This document shows, piece after piece, positions 50,272-63,545 of a stretch of DNA of 64,000 bases. The translations under genes and the position numbers were made by a program. Under the pieces are notes generated by a model. It saw nothing but the letters and a program-made list of their open reading frames with translations, searched no databases and was not told the DNA's origin. This DNA is from an uncultured delta proteobacterium (GTDB lineage: Bacteria; Myxococcota; Kuafuiibacteriia; Kuafuiibacteriales; Kuafuiibacteriaceae): contig CAWDML010000001.1 in NCBI GenBank assembly GCA_963803435.1, forward strand, positions 704,001-768,000. The letters run 5' to 3'. Each line of letters starts with the position of its first letter. Position 1 is the stretch's first letter.

Positions 50272-51195
50272 CTAGTACCGAGGAACCTTCGGATCAACCT
50301 CGACGGACCACGCGTCGATGCCGCCGCGGAGGTTGTAGACCTTCTTGAACCCCTGCTGCAGGAAGTGCTGCGCCGCCGCCATCGAGCGCGCGCCGCTGTG
50401 GCAATGGAAGACCAGGGTCGCGGCCTCCTTGTCGAGCACCTCGATGGACTGGGCGGCCGCCTGATCGAGCAGCCGCGCCCCCGGGATGGTGGCGATCTCG
50501 CGCTCGCGCTCGGTCCGCACGTCGAACAGCTCGATGGGCTCACCGGCGTCGAGGCGGGCCTTGAGCTCGCCGGCGGTGATGATGCGAACGCGGGGCGGCT
50601 CGTTCGGGTTGTCGATCTTGAAGCCGCCGGACTCGCCAGGGACGAAGTCGATGTGCACGCCGTTCGCCTTCTGGGCCGTGCCGCGATCCACCAGCAGGGC
50701 GACGCCGTTCGACTCGATCTCGAAGTCGCCGGGTTTCGGATGATCGAGGTCGAGGCCCGGGCGCCACTCCCGATCGATGGTGAAGCGAACCCGCGCGCCT
50801 GGCTCCTCGGAGAGCGCGCCGGCCAGCGCTTCCTTGGCGCTGTCGGTGATCGCGATCTTGGGCGGCGCGATCTCCGGAGGCTCGCGACCGAGCAGGCCGT
50901 GGAGATCGCCGGCCTCGTACATCTGCGTGACGATGTCGGCGCCGCCGACGAACTTCCCCTTGACGTAGAGCTGCGGGATCGTCGGCCAGTTCGAGTACTG
51001 CTTGATGCCCTCGCGGACGTTGGGATCCTCGAGTACGTTCACGGTGAGATAGTCGTCGAGGAACTGATCCAGCACCGAGACGACGCGCGCCGAGAAGCCG
51101 CACTGAGGGAGGCGGCGCTTGCCCTTCATGAACAGCACCACGTCGTTCTTGGAGACCAGCTCGTCCAGTTGCGCCTTGAGCTCCGGGGTCAGCAT
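50272..51195 (-). CDS. grxD: Monothiol glutaredoxin (Grx4) fused to HesB/IscA-like and rhodanese domains
   Basis: LFMKG..PQCGFS, WPTIPQLY..GGAD; ITDSA..GFKIDNPN (HesB-like); FDVRT..E, CHSGARS, NLRGGIDAWS. Confidence 0.88.
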   Translation of the reverse strand: MLTPELKAQLDELVSKNDVVLFMKGKRRLPQCGFSARVVSVLDQFLDDYLTVNVLEDPNVREGIKQYSNWPTIPQLYVKGKFVGGADIVTQMYEAGDLHGLLGREPPEIAPPKIAITDSAKEALAGALSEEPGARVRFTIDREWRPGLDLDHPKPGDFEIESNGVALLVDRGTAQKANGVHIDFVPGESGGFKIDNPNEPPRVRIITAGELKARLDAGEPIELFDVRTEREREIATIPGARLLDQAAAQSIEVLDKEAATLVFHCHSGARSMAAAQHFLQQGFKKVYNLRGGIDAWSVEVDPKVPRY

Positions 51196-51204
51196 GGGGA
51201 CAAG

Positions 51205-54066
<2,862 letters not shown>

Positions 54067-54121
54067 TGCGCGGGTCTATCGTCCCGCTCTGGCCTGTACA
54101 AGCGCAATCTACCGGCTCTCG

Positions 54122-54667
54122 TCAGGGCTCCCACTTCTCGGCCATCCGCCGCACAGAGTCGTCAGTGTCGTAACGACTGACCTCCGCCCGCCGAACCCAG
54201 GCGAGGGCGTGCGATTCCTCGCTGACCACGAAGCGCGCCCCGGCCGGCGCCTCCAGCGCGAATCGCACGTCGTAGTGAAAGTGCTCGGGCTCCCGGCCGG
54301 CGGGGATCCGATGGACATCGACGTCGAAGATCTCCGGGCTCAAGGGCTCGATCCCGACGATCCCGGACTCCTCGGCTGCCTCCCGCAAGGCAACTTGCAT
54401 CACGTCCGGATCACCGTCGGCGTGACCCCCGCACTGCAGCCACCGGCCGAGCTTCTTGTGGTGCGTGAGCAGGCAGGCCTCGCGAGCGTGGTCGAGTATC
54501 CACGCCGAGCCGGTCACGTGGCCCTCGAGCAGAGATCGCTCGAAGCAGTCCGGGCACCGGGTGACGAACGCGACGAGTCGCTCCAGCGAGGAGCGCTCCG
54601 AGTCGAGGATCCGCGCGCTGCTTCCGTACCGATCGAGCAGCGCGAGCAACTTTTTCCGGTGCGGCAT
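54122..54667 (-). CDS. NUDIX hydrolase
   Basis: GHVTGSA, WLQCGGHADG..ALREAAEESG, HYDVRF. Confidence 0.9.
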   Translation of the reverse strand: MPHRKKLLALLDRYGSSARILDSERSSLERLVAFVTRCPDCFERSLLEGHVTGSAWILDHAREACLLTHHKKLGRWLQCGGHADGDPDVMQVALREAAEESGIVGIEPLSPEIFDVDVHRIPAGREPEHFHYDVRFALEAPAGARFVVSEESHALAWVRRAEVSRYDTDDSVRRMAEKWEP

Positions 54668-54682
54668 CCCGCGGGATCCATA

Positions 54683-55318
54683 TCACGCCGAGGTGACCCG
54701 TTTCATCGATCGATCGTGGACCTTGCTCATGGTGGCGAGCGCCAGGATCGCGCCCACCATCGCCAGGAACATGTCCCATTGCGCATCCCAGATGTCGCCC
54801 TGCGAGCCGAGGAAGGCCTGCCCCACGTCGGGCGCCACCAGGTACGTCGACCACCACTCGAGAAACTCCCAGAAGGCGCCGATGGCGAGCGCGACGCTGA
54901 CCACCAGGAAGAAGAGCCAGCCTCCTCGAACCAGCGGCGTGCGCCGCAGCAGGATCTCGCGGATCGTGAACGCGGGAAAGAACCCCAGCGCGAGGTGTCC
55001 GATCCGATCGTAGTGGTTGCGGGAGAGGTGGAACGCCTCCTTGGCCCAGTTGCCGAGCGGTGTCTCCGCGTAGGTGTACATGCCGCCGTAGATCAGGATC
55101 AGCACGTGGATGAAGACGCCGATGTAGACGAGGTTCGAGAAGCGGAAGCGGCGATACACGACGATCAGGATCACGACGCCGATCAACCCCGGGCCCACCT
55201 CGAGGAACCAGGACTCGTGCCCGGCCGGAGGGCTCCAGGCGGTGACGACGCAGATCGTGGCCAGCACGGCGAGCAGAAGGGGTGGAAGGCGATCCTGCAC
55301 GATGCAGCCATCGCGCAT
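54683..55318 (-). CDS. DUF2238 (YjdF-like) membrane protein
   Basis: WFLE, YTYAETP, RNHYDRIGH, EFLEW, FLGSQGDIWDAQWDM. Confidence 0.88.
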   Translation of the reverse strand: MRDGCIVQDRLPPLLLAVLATICVVTAWSPPAGHESWFLEVGPGLIGVVILIVVYRRFRFSNLVYIGVFIHVLILIYGGMYTYAETPLGNWAKEAFHLSRNHYDRIGHLALGFFPAFTIREILLRRTPLVRGGWLFFLVVSVALAIGAFWEFLEWWSTYLVAPDVGQAFLGSQGDIWDAQWDMFLAMVGAILALATMSKVHDRSMKRVTSA

Positions 55319-55356
55319 GACGAGGCCGGTGTCATCGTGCTGAGATCGGTTTTGCG

Positions 55357-55818
55357 ATGCGGCTGCTCCTCCTGTTGTTCATCCTCGTGCCGGCGCTCGA
55401 GGTGACGATCCTCGCCAAGCTGGTGGGCGTGGTGGGCGGCCTGAACACGCTGATCCTGATCGTGCTGACGGGGATCGCCGGCGCCGCCCTGGCCAAGCGG
55501 CAAGGTCTGTCGGTGCTGCGGCAGGTCCAGGCGGAGACCGCAGCAGGCCGGATGCCCGCCGGGTCGCTGGTGGACGGCGCGATCATCCTGGTGGCGGGCG
55601 CCCTCCTCGTCACCCCGGGCATCCTCACGGACATCACCGGCTTCCTCCTCCTGATCCCGGCCGTCCGCGGCGTCGTGAAGGCCCGGCTGGCGCGGCGCTT
55701 CGAGCAGGCGATCCAGCGCGGGCGCGTCGAGATGGTGACGCCTGCGCCCGGCGCCGGTCCGGGGCCGGTGATCGACGTGACGCCGGGGCCCAACCCGGAC
55801 AAAGATCCGTCCGAGTGA
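55357..55818 (+). CDS. fxsA: FxsA family membrane protein
   Basis: ILVPALE, LAKRQG, LLVTPGILTD..G.LLLIP. Confidence 0.88.
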   Translation: MRLLLLLFILVPALEVTILAKLVGVVGGLNTLILIVLTGIAGAALAKRQGLSVLRQVQAETAAGRMPAGSLVDGAIILVAGALLVTPGILTDITGFLLLIPAVRGVVKARLARRFEQAIQRGRVEMVTPAPGAGPGPVIDVTPGPNPDKDPSE

Positions 55819-56888
55819 TCGCGCTGCTCGAAAACACGATTCAGGCCTACGCGTGGGGATCGCCGACCGCGATCCCGGAGCTCCTCGGGATCCCGTCCGA
55901 CGGCTCACCGATGGCCGAGCTCTGGATCGGGGCGCACCCCCGCGCGCCCTCCACGATGAACGGCGCGCGGCTCGACCGCGCGATCGGAGCGGCGCCGGCG
56001 AGGGTCCTCGGCGCTCGGATCGCTAAGGCGTTCGGCGAGCTGCCGTTCCTGTTGAAGGTCCTCGCCGCCGCCGAGCCGCTCTCGATTCAATGTCATCCCG
56101 ATCGCCGCCAGGCCGAGGACGGCTTCGCGCGGGAGAACGCGGCCGGCATTCCGCTCGACGCGCCGGAGCGCTCCTACCGCGACCCGAACCACAAGCCCGA
56201 GCTGATCGTGGCGCTCACGCGCTTCCGCGCGCTCCAAGGTTTCCGTCCGCCCGCCGAGGTCGCGCACAACCTCGGTCACGCGGTCGGCGCAGATCTGAAG
56301 ACGCTGTTCGGCGAGCTGATGTCGTGGCCGAAGGATCGCGTGGATCGGATTGCCCGCGCCTCCGGCGATCCGACCGCGCTCGAGCTCCTCGGCCGCTACC
56401 CCGGCGATCCCGGGGTGCTGGCGCCGCTGTTCCTCCACGCCGTCACCCTCGAGCCGGGACAGGCGCTCTTCCTCCGCGCGCGCGAGCTCCACTCCTATCT
56501 CGAAGGGACCGCAGTCGAGATCATGGCCAGCTCCGACAACGTCCTCCGCGGCGGCCTCACACCCAAGCACGTCGACGTGCCCGAGCTCCTCTCCGTGCTG
56601 GCGTTCGAGCCGGCCCGACCGTCGGTGATCGCGCCGCTCGAGAGCGACGGCGAGCGCACGTACGCGGCGCCGGTCGAGGAGTTCGTGCTCTCGTCAGTCC
56701 GCGTCGGGGGCACCTGGCAGCCGAAGGTGCGCGACGGGATCGAGATCCTCCTGGCCGTCGAGGGACAGCTCCGCGTGGAAGCGCTGGACCTTCCGCGCGG
56801 ACACGCGTGCGTGGTGACGGGCGACGAGCCCTATTCGATCTCCGGCTCGGGGCGGCTGTTCCGCGCGCGGGTGCCTACGGGCGCGTGA
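55815..56888 (+). CDS. manA: Mannose-6-phosphate isomerase, class I
   Basis: YAWGS, AELWIGAHP, LPFLLKVL, LSIQCHP, DPNHKPEL, LHSYLEG, EIMASSDNVLRGGLTPKH. Confidence 0.93.
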   Translation: MIALLENTIQAYAWGSPTAIPELLGIPSDGSPMAELWIGAHPRAPSTMNGARLDRAIGAAPARVLGARIAKAFGELPFLLKVLAAAEPLSIQCHPDRRQAEDGFARENAAGIPLDAPERSYRDPNHKPELIVALTRFRALQGFRPPAEVAHNLGHAVGADLKTLFGELMSWPKDRVDRIARASGDPTALELLGRYPGDPGVLAPLFLHAVTLEPGQALFLRARELHSYLEGTAVEIMASSDNVLRGGLTPKHVDVPELLSVLAFEPARPSVIAPLESDGERTYAAPVEEFVLSSVRVGGTWQPKVRDGIEILLAVEGQLRVEALDLPRGHACVVTGDEPYSISGSGRLFRARVPTGA

Positions 56889-58746
56889 TCGGCAACCCTG
56901 CGCCCGCGCCGTCCGGCTCCAGCGCGGCCTGATCCGGCACTTCGAGGTGGAGCGGCGGATTGAACGCCCGGGCGACCGCCGCGAGCCTTCGGAGCAGATG
57001 TTCCTTGACGCGGCCTTTCGGTACGCCCGGATCGGAGGCGAAGCCGTGGTGCGGGCGCCAGCGCTTCTCTTCGCCGTCGAGACCCTCGATGCGCCAGCCG
57101 TACTGGAAGTGGCGAACGGCGAAGCCGGCGTAGTAGCGGGCCACCCGATCGCGATCCGCGGCGTAGCTCGAGTCGACGAGATCGACGATCCGCTCCACCA
57201 CCTGGCGGAGCGCCTTCTCGGCGCCGCTCCTCTCGACCTCCGTGACTGCGGCTGCGAAGGCGGCCGGATCGAGATCCGGACACGCCATGCGATCGAACAG
57301 GAAGAGCTCCTGGCCGAGGTAGTGGGCGAACGGGACCGGGCGACCCGGCGCGAAGGTCTGGCCCTCCACGTGGGCCCCGTCGTCGAACGGCGGCCGGTGG
57401 AATGCGCTCGGATCCTCGAAGGCGCGCACGCCTTCACCGGCGCCGGCCCGGTTGGCAGAGAGATCGCGCGACGAGCCGGGATCCTTCAGGGTCGAGAGCA
57501 CGTCCCAGGTCGAGTCGATCTCGGCGAGCGGGTCGAGGATCGGAAAGTTCGTCCCGATCGCGGCCGGGTCTCCGAGCTCCGGCACGTACTCGTGGGCGTC
57601 GCCGACCCGGATCGCCAGGTCGTACGCCTTCTGCTGCTCGACGGAGAGACCCTCCGGCGGGGCGAAGTGGATGGTCGGGACGCCGGGCGGCCCGGGGAGC
57701 GCCCCGGGGACGTAGGCGCCGCACGCGCCGCGAAGCCGATCGTACGCCGCCGACACGTGCGCGGCTGCGCCCCACTGGTCGGTCTGTTCCACCGCGCGCT
57801 CGAACTCGTCCGCGATCTCTCCGCGGCCGTAGCGCCGATCGAAGAGGGTCACGTACGCGAACATCGCCTGGTTGACGAAGTGCCACGCGCGGTCGAACCC
57901 GGCATCGTTGGGACGACCGTCGGGGATGTAGCGGGGGAACAGACAGGTGACCTCGCCGTGGTTGCTCTGGAGCGCGTGGCCCGCCAGCGCGACCAGCGTC
58001 GTCAGCGCGACCAGGTGCTGGCCGGCGAGCGGGTCCGCGGGGAAGAGCGGATCCTGCGCCACCGTCGCTTCGGCGGCGGCGCGCGTCCGTTCCAGAAGGT
58101 CGGCGACGGTCGTGGGCCGATCGTCGCGCTCCATCATCTCGATGACGGCTCGGTACACCTGCCGGATGTGAGCGTTCGCCTCGACCTGCGCGAGCGCCCA
58201 GCGCTTGAACTGGACCTCGTGGTCGCCGGCCAGCCCCGACGCGTCGAGGAACAGCGCCGGCAGCGCCCGATCGAGCTGCTCCGCTCCGAGCGTCTCCGCC
58301 GCGCCTCCGATCCGCGCGAGCAGCTCCGGTCGCTCGACGAACGTTCGCGCCGCGGCCCGCAGGTCGAGCGGGAGCTCGACGTCGGCGGCGACGGCCTCGA
58401 GGTGCCGGCGGGTCAGGCCGGCGTCATCGGGCAGGCCGAGCAGCACCTGGATCGCGCGGAGGTGCTCGCGGAGCGCGCCGGCGGCCGCGGCCGGCTCGAG
58501 CTCGGCGGGCGGTGCCCCTCCGAGGTTGGCGCCGAGGAACAGCGGGCTCGTCGACGGGAGCGGGCGGGCGCCGATCCCGCGGCCGGCGTCGCCATACCCG
58601 CGGCCACTGAGGCGCGCGATCCACGGCTCGGGGAGGCCGAGGCCCAGGGCGGCGCGACGGACGCTCGAGACGTCGCTGCCCGCCTCCAGGTCGCGGACCA
58701 GGTGCTCGAAGGACTCGAGCCGTTCGGCGGCGGAGACGGAGCGCAC
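56875..58746 (-). CDS. Hypothetical protein
   Basis: 623-aa ORF with good codon bias; DRAWHF...DAHE...DLSANRAG; no confident family. Confidence 0.65.
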   Translation of the reverse strand: MRSVSAAERLESFEHLVRDLEAGSDVSSVRRAALGLGLPEPWIARLSGRGYGDAGRGIGARPLPSTSPLFLGANLGGAPPAELEPAAAAGALREHLRAIQVLLGLPDDAGLTRRHLEAVAADVELPLDLRAAARTFVERPELLARIGGAAETLGAEQLDRALPALFLDASGLAGDHEVQFKRWALAQVEANAHIRQVYRAVIEMMERDDRPTTVADLLERTRAAAEATVAQDPLFPADPLAGQHLVALTTLVALAGHALQSNHGEVTCLFPRYIPDGRPNDAGFDRAWHFVNQAMFAYVTLFDRRYGRGEIADEFERAVEQTDQWGAAAHVSAAYDRLRGACGAYVPGALPGPPGVPTIHFAPPEGLSVEQQKAYDLAIRVGDAHEYVPELGDPAAIGTNFPILDPLAEIDSTWDVLSTLKDPGSSRDLSANRAGAGEGVRAFEDPSAFHRPPFDDGAHVEGQTFAPGRPVPFAHYLGQELFLFDRMACPDLDPAAFAAAVTEVERSGAEKALRQVVERIVDLVDSSYAADRDRVARYYAGFAVRHFQYGWRIEGLDGEEKRWRPHHGFASDPGVPKGRVKEHLLRRLAAVARAFNPPLHLEVPDQAALEPDGAGAGLPITRP

Positions 58747-58851
58747 CCTGGGGGATTATCGGATTGGTGGACCTCGATGTTGCGGGCCAGCCGGGCCGAG
58801 CGCCGCCCGATTCCGGTCGAGGACCCGGCAGACAGCGCGTATGTTCGGAGC

Positions 58852-60303
58852 GTGAGTCGCGCCGGCGCGCTCGTCCTCCTCGCGGCGCTCTCGCTCACCG
58901 CCTGTATGGAGCCGTCAGGTGCGCCCGACGACGCCCGTCCGGAGGGCGACGCCGCTGCCGACCGAGACGCTGCGGGCGCGGGCAGCGATGCCGGCGTGGA
59001 GGGAGACGCGGAGCCGCCGGAAGACGCCGCGGAGGCCGACGCCGAGCCGGACGCCGGTGCGGCCGACGCCGAGCCGGCGGACGCCGAGCAGCCGGACGCC
59101 GACGCGCCGGACACAGCGCCAGCCGATGGCGGGCTCCCCGCTGCGCACTGGGCCAACACCCAGTGGCCTCCCTATCTGACGCGCGCGCCGGGCGAGAGCG
59201 CCACCGCCTACGGCCAAATCTGGATCGAGGGTCTCACGGACAGTCCAGGGCCGGCCGCCGGCGTCGAGGCGGAGCTCGGGCTGGGGTCGATCGGATCCGA
59301 TCCGGCCGGAGGCGGCTGGACCTGGGTGCCGGCCGCCTACAACGTCGACGTTGGCAACAACGACGAGTACCAGGCCGATCTGATCGCGCCGCCCTCCGGC
59401 CTCTTCGACTACGCGTTCCGCTTTCGTTTGAATGGGTCGCCGTGGATCCTCGCCGACCGCAGCGACGGCGGTCGGACCGGTAGCAACGACGGCTATCGAT
59501 CGGAGGACGCCGGCAAGCTGGCTGTGCGGACCTCGGGCGCCGTCGTCCGCATCGCCACGCTCAACCTCCATTGCATCAACGACGATCCGTTGGCGCGTCT
59601 CGATGCCGCGGCCGCGCGCTTCGCTCAGCTCGGCACCGAGCTGATCGCGCTGCAGGAGGTGTGCGCCGGCGCTCCTCTGACCGGGAGCGCCGCCGAGTAC
59701 CTGGCGCAGCAGCTCGAGAGCCTCACCGGTCAGCCCTGGCACCACCTTTACGAGCAGACGCACCTCGCCAACGGCGTGACGCCCGAAGGGATCGGCGTGG
59801 TCACCAACCTCGCGATCGCCGACGTCACCGTCCACGATCTGCCGATCGCCGACTTTCCCCGGAAGACCATCATCGCCGTGACGGCCTCTCCGCTCGGCAT
59901 GATCGCCTTCGCCACCGCGCACCTCTCGTACCGACTGCAGGACGGACAGGCGCGGCTCGACCAGGCCAACGAGCTCGCCACCCTCATGGACCAGCTCGCC
60001 CCGACCGAACCGGCGGTCTCGATCGTGGCGGGCGACTTCAACTCGACGCCGGACGAACCACCGCCCGGCGCGATGATCGCCGCCTCGTTCAGCGACGCCT
60101 TCGCCACCGTCCATCCGGGCCTGAACGGGTACACGTACTCGAGCGCCGCCCCGACCCGACGCATCGACTACGTGTTCACGCGTGCGGCGCAGCGGTGGCC
60201 GCTGGAGCTCACCACCGTGGACGTGGAGTTCGATCAGCCGTACCGGCCCGGAGGCTTCGTCTCCGACCACCGCGGGATCTCCGCGACGCTCGCGGCCCCT
60301 TGA
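58852..60303 (+). CDS. Lipoprotein with acidic linker, Ig-like domain and endonuclease/exonuclease/phosphatase domain
   Basis: GTG 58852, LTAC lipobox, D/A/P/E linker, GNNDEY, ATLNLH, ALQEV, AGDFN, RIDYVF, SDH. Confidence 0.85.
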   Translation: MSRAGALVLLAALSLTACMEPSGAPDDARPEGDAAADRDAAGAGSDAGVEGDAEPPEDAAEADAEPDAGAADAEPADAEQPDADAPDTAPADGGLPAAHWANTQWPPYLTRAPGESATAYGQIWIEGLTDSPGPAAGVEAELGLGSIGSDPAGGGWTWVPAAYNVDVGNNDEYQADLIAPPSGLFDYAFRFRLNGSPWILADRSDGGRTGSNDGYRSEDAGKLAVRTSGAVVRIATLNLHCINDDPLARLDAAAARFAQLGTELIALQEVCAGAPLTGSAAEYLAQQLESLTGQPWHHLYEQTHLANGVTPEGIGVVTNLAIADVTVHDLPIADFPRKTIIAVTASPLGMIAFATAHLSYRLQDGQARLDQANELATLMDQLAPTEPAVSIVAGDFNSTPDEPPPGAMIAASFSDAFATVHPGLNGYTYSSAAPTRRIDYVFTRAAQRWPLELTTVDVEFDQPYRPGGFVSDHRGISATLAAP

Positions 60304-60310
60304 GCCCCGG

Positions 60311-61924
60311 CTACGACGTGCGCGACCGCTTGTAGTGATTGATCAGCGCGTTCGTCGACGCGTCGTGCGAGGTGACCTTGGCGTCACCCTCGAGCTCGGG
60401 AAGGATCGCCTTGGCGAGCTGCTTGCCCAGCTCGACGCCCCACTGATCGAAGCTGTTGATCCGCCACACGATGCCCTGCGTGAAGATCTTGTGCTCGTAC
60501 ATCGCGATCAGCATGCCGAGCGTCCGCGGCGTCACCTTCTGCACCATGATCGAGTTCGTGGGCCGGTTGCCGCTGAAGCACTTGTGCGGAACCAGGTCGG
60601 GGTCGGCCTGGATCTCGTCCGCGCGCTTGCCCAGCATCAACGCCTCCGTCTGCGCGAAGAAGTTGGCGAGGAGCGCCGGGTGGTGGCCCCCGAGATCGTT
60701 GTGAGACTCGATCGGCGCGATGAAGTCGCACGGGATCACGCGGGTCCCCTGATGGATGAGCTGATAGAACGCGTGCTGGCCGTTGGTCCCCGGCTCGCCC
60801 CAGATGACGGGTCCGGTGGTGTAGTCCGCGATCGAACGGCCGTCGCGATCGACGCTCTTGCCATTGCTCTCCATGTCGCCTTGCTGGAAGTAGGCGGCGA
60901 AGCGGTGGAGGTACTGGTCGTAGGGCAGGATCGCGTGCGTGTGGGCCTCGAAGAAGTTGTGATACCAAACGCCGAGGAGCCCCATGATGGCCGGGATGTT
61001 CTGATCGAGGGGCGTGGTTCTGAAGTGCTCGTCGACCAGGTGTGCGCCGCCGAGCAGCTCCTCGAAGCCGTCCATCCCGATCACGCAGGCGATCGAGAGC
61101 CCGATCGCGGACCACAAGGAGTAACGGCCGCCGACCCAGTCCCAGAACTCGAACATGTTGGCCGTGTCGATCCCGAACTTGGCCACCTCCTCCGCGTTCG
61201 TGGAGAGCGCGACGAAGTGGCGCGCCACCGCCTGCTCCGACCCGAGCCGCTCCACCAGCCACCTCCGCGCGGTGTGCGCATTCATCAGCGTCTCCTGGGT
61301 GGTGAAGGTCTTGGAGGCCACCGCGAAGAGCGTCCGCTCCGGGTCGACTCGCTTCAGCGTCTCGGCGATGTGCGTCCCGTCGACGTTGGAGACGAAGTGC
61401 GCCCTCATCCCGGGCTTCCAGTAGGGCCGCAGGGCTTCGGTCACCATCACCGGCCCCAGGTCCGAGCCGCCGATGCCGATGTTCACGACGTCGGTCAACG
61501 CCTGGTTCGTGTGACCCTTCCACTCGCCGCTGCGCAGGCGGTCGGTGAAGCGCTTCATCTTGGCCAGCTCTGCGTTCACCTTCGGCATGACGTCCTCGCC
61601 GTCGACGAGGATGGGTCGGTTCGAGCGGTTGCGCAGGGCCACGTGCAGGACGGCGCGCTTCTCGGTGAAGTTGATCTTCTCGCCCTGGAACATCTTCTCG
61701 ATCCAGACCGGCAGCTCCGCCTGCTTCGCGAGATCGAAGAGCAGCCCCATCGTCTGCTCCGTGATCCGGTTCTTCGAGTAGTCGAAGAGGAGCCCGTCGA
61801 GCGCGAGCGAGAACCTCTGGAAGCGCTGCGGGTCCTTCTCGAAGAGGAACCGCATGTGCATCTTCGACATCTCGTTCGCGTGCGCGTCGAGCGCGCGCCA
61901 GGCGGCAGTCTCGATCAACCTCAT
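60311..61924 (-). CDS. pgi: Glucose-6-phosphate isomerase
   Basis: [65 protein letters not shown]. Confidence 0.98.
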   Translation of the reverse strand: MRLIETAAWRALDAHANEMSKMHMRFLFEKDPQRFQRFSLALDGLLFDYSKNRITEQTMGLLFDLAKQAELPVWIEKMFQGEKINFTEKRAVLHVALRNRSNRPILVDGEDVMPKVNAELAKMKRFTDRLRSGEWKGHTNQALTDVVNIGIGGSDLGPVMVTEALRPYWKPGMRAHFVSNVDGTHIAETLKRVDPERTLFAVASKTFTTQETLMNAHTARRWLVERLGSEQAVARHFVALSTNAEEVAKFGIDTANMFEFWDWVGGRYSLWSAIGLSIACVIGMDGFEELLGGAHLVDEHFRTTPLDQNIPAIMGLLGVWYHNFFEAHTHAILPYDQYLHRFAAYFQQGDMESNGKSVDRDGRSIADYTTGPVIWGEPGTNGQHAFYQLIHQGTRVIPCDFIAPIESHNDLGGHHPALLANFFAQTEALMLGKRADEIQADPDLVPHKCFSGNRPTNSIMVQKVTPRTLGMLIAMYEHKIFTQGIVWRINSFDQWGVELGKQLAKAILPELEGDAKVTSHDASTNALINHYKRSRTS

Positions 61925-61946
61925 GGTCGGCCGCGATACCACGGAG

Positions 61947-62984
61947 TCAGTCGATCTGATAGATGCGCAGGTCGGAGCCGCAGGTCGCACCGATCTGACG
62001 GTTCGGCCGCTTGGGCCCGTCCCCCACCTGGAGGCTCTCGATCCAGGCCCCACAGTCCATGAGCACCAGCCCCGCGGTCACATCGTGGACCATCCGCGGG
62101 TGGTGGCTGTGCCCGATCACCACGACTCTCAGGTTCGGCGCGATCGGCGCACCGTCCGCCTCGATCACCCGGCGGAGCTGCACCACCGTCTCAACCGCCC
62201 GCGGGAGCAGGCTGTGCGCGTCCGCCCGGTCGCTCGGCCGCTCGACCCGGGCCACATTGAAGCGCGCGCTCCCGGTCCGGGGCGCCGCCAGTACGCCGAC
62301 GGCGCCGTCCCCTTGGATCTGGGTGGAGAGGTCGCTCGGCATGGTCCGGTCCCGCAGCTGGCGCAGCTCTCCGATCCGGTAGGTCGCAGGGCCCGCCAGC
62401 CGGCCAAAGAGCCACACCACGACCGCGGCCAGCGCGTCGGGGACGAGCACCTCCGAGAGGTCGAAGCGATCGCCGTGCGTCGCCATCATCGTCCGGTTCA
62501 CGCCCGGAAGGTGGATCGCCATGCGGGCGCGCGCGAAGTCGCGGGAGCTTCCCGCGTCGAGATCGTGATTGCCGAGGATCAGGTTGGCCGAAAGGGAGTC
62601 CTCCGCGTTTCGGACCAGCCGATCGCGGATGTCGGGAAAGGCGTCGAGCACCCTGCGCACACCGGCGAGATCGTTGTCCGACTCCCGCCAGAGATCGACG
62701 AAGTCACCCAGCTGCGTGACGCGCATCTGATGACCGGCGGCCTCGACGTCGTCCCACGTCGCGAGCAGGGCGTCGATCACTCGTGAGAACATGTCAGTGT
62801 GATCGAAGCCGTACCGGAAGCGCCTGCGGACGTCGGGCGAGACCAGGTGAAGGTCGGGCACGAAGACGTGGAGATACTCGTCGCTGGTGTTTCCGGTGGC
62901 CTGGGGATCGTCGAGCCGCGCGATCAGCGAGACGGCACCGGCCTGTTCGAGACGATCGAGGAGCAGATCGTGGGGTGACGGCAT
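61947..62984 (-). CDS. Calcineurin-like metallophosphoesterase
   Basis: PDLH, LGDFVD, LGNHD, THGD, GHSH; start ATG 62984. Confidence 0.8.
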   Translation of the reverse strand: MPSPHDLLLDRLEQAGAVSLIARLDDPQATGNTSDEYLHVFVPDLHLVSPDVRRRFRYGFDHTDMFSRVIDALLATWDDVEAAGHQMRVTQLGDFVDLWRESDNDLAGVRRVLDAFPDIRDRLVRNAEDSLSANLILGNHDLDAGSSRDFARARMAIHLPGVNRTMMATHGDRFDLSEVLVPDALAAVVVWLFGRLAGPATYRIGELRQLRDRTMPSDLSTQIQGDGAVGVLAAPRTGSARFNVARVERPSDRADAHSLLPRAVETVVQLRRVIEADGAPIAPNLRVVVIGHSHHPRMVHDVTAGLVLMDCGAWIESLQVGDGPKRPNRQIGATCGSDLRIYQID

Positions 62985-62986
62985 GA

Positions 62987-63523
62987 TCAATCCCTCCGGG
63001 TGGCGACTTCCTTGACGATGACGAGCCGGCAGTACGTGTCCTGCTCGGCGCGGCGCGGGCAGGATCCGTCCCGCGCCGCGTCGGGGTAACGGCGGTAAAA
63101 CACGAAGAGGTAGCCTCCGATCTGGGCCACTCTCAGGTCGCCCGTCAGGATGTCGCCGTGAATCCGCGCGTCGAGCGCGTCCTCGTCGGCACCCTTCGAG
63201 TCGAACAGTCCGCCCACCCGGCCGCCGGCGTTCAGGTCGAGCGCCGAGGGCGTGGTGCTGGTGAGCGAGTCCAGGATGGGCGCGAAGCGGCGCCGGTTCT
63301 CGGGCGCGACATGGGCGGCCAGCTCGGCCTCCTCCTCTTCCGCCCATCCGCCGCGCGGCGGAGTCATGTTGTCGAGCGCCAGCAGCGCGCGCCGCCAGTC
63401 CTTCATCGACAGCGGTAACGGAAGATCGGGAGAGCGCTGGGTCGCGCCCGGAACACCGTAGGCTCTCGTATGACCACAGCTGGCCAAGAGTACAGATACA
63501 AGTGTGAGACTAGCTCCCTGCAT
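62987..63523 (-). CDS. Hypothetical lipoprotein
   Basis: MQGASLTLVSVLLASC lipobox; start uncertain. Confidence 0.55.
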   Translation of the reverse strand: MQGASLTLVSVLLASCGHTRAYGVPGATQRSPDLPLPLSMKDWRRALLALDNMTPPRGGWAEEEEAELAAHVAPENRRRFAPILDSLTSTTPSALDLNAGGRVGGLFDSKGADEDALDARIHGDILTGDLRVAQIGGYLFVFYRRYPDAARDGSCPRRAEQDTYCRLVIVKEVATRRD

Positions 63524-63545
63524 TGAGCGGGCGTATGAGTATCGC

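Noticed and set aside
54067-54121. Glycine riboswitch before gcvP
   Set aside because: Only 55 bp intergenic; no aptamer motifs
56947-58851. Apparent 635-aa N-terminal extension of the EEP nuclease (1118-aa ORF)
   Set aside because: Antisense to the 623-aa gene; the lipoprotein signal peptide starts at GTG 58852
58940-59130. Repetitive GACGCCGAGCCG-like DNA
   Set aside because: Encodes the Asp/Ala/Pro linker of the lipoprotein; no spacer structure, not CRISPR
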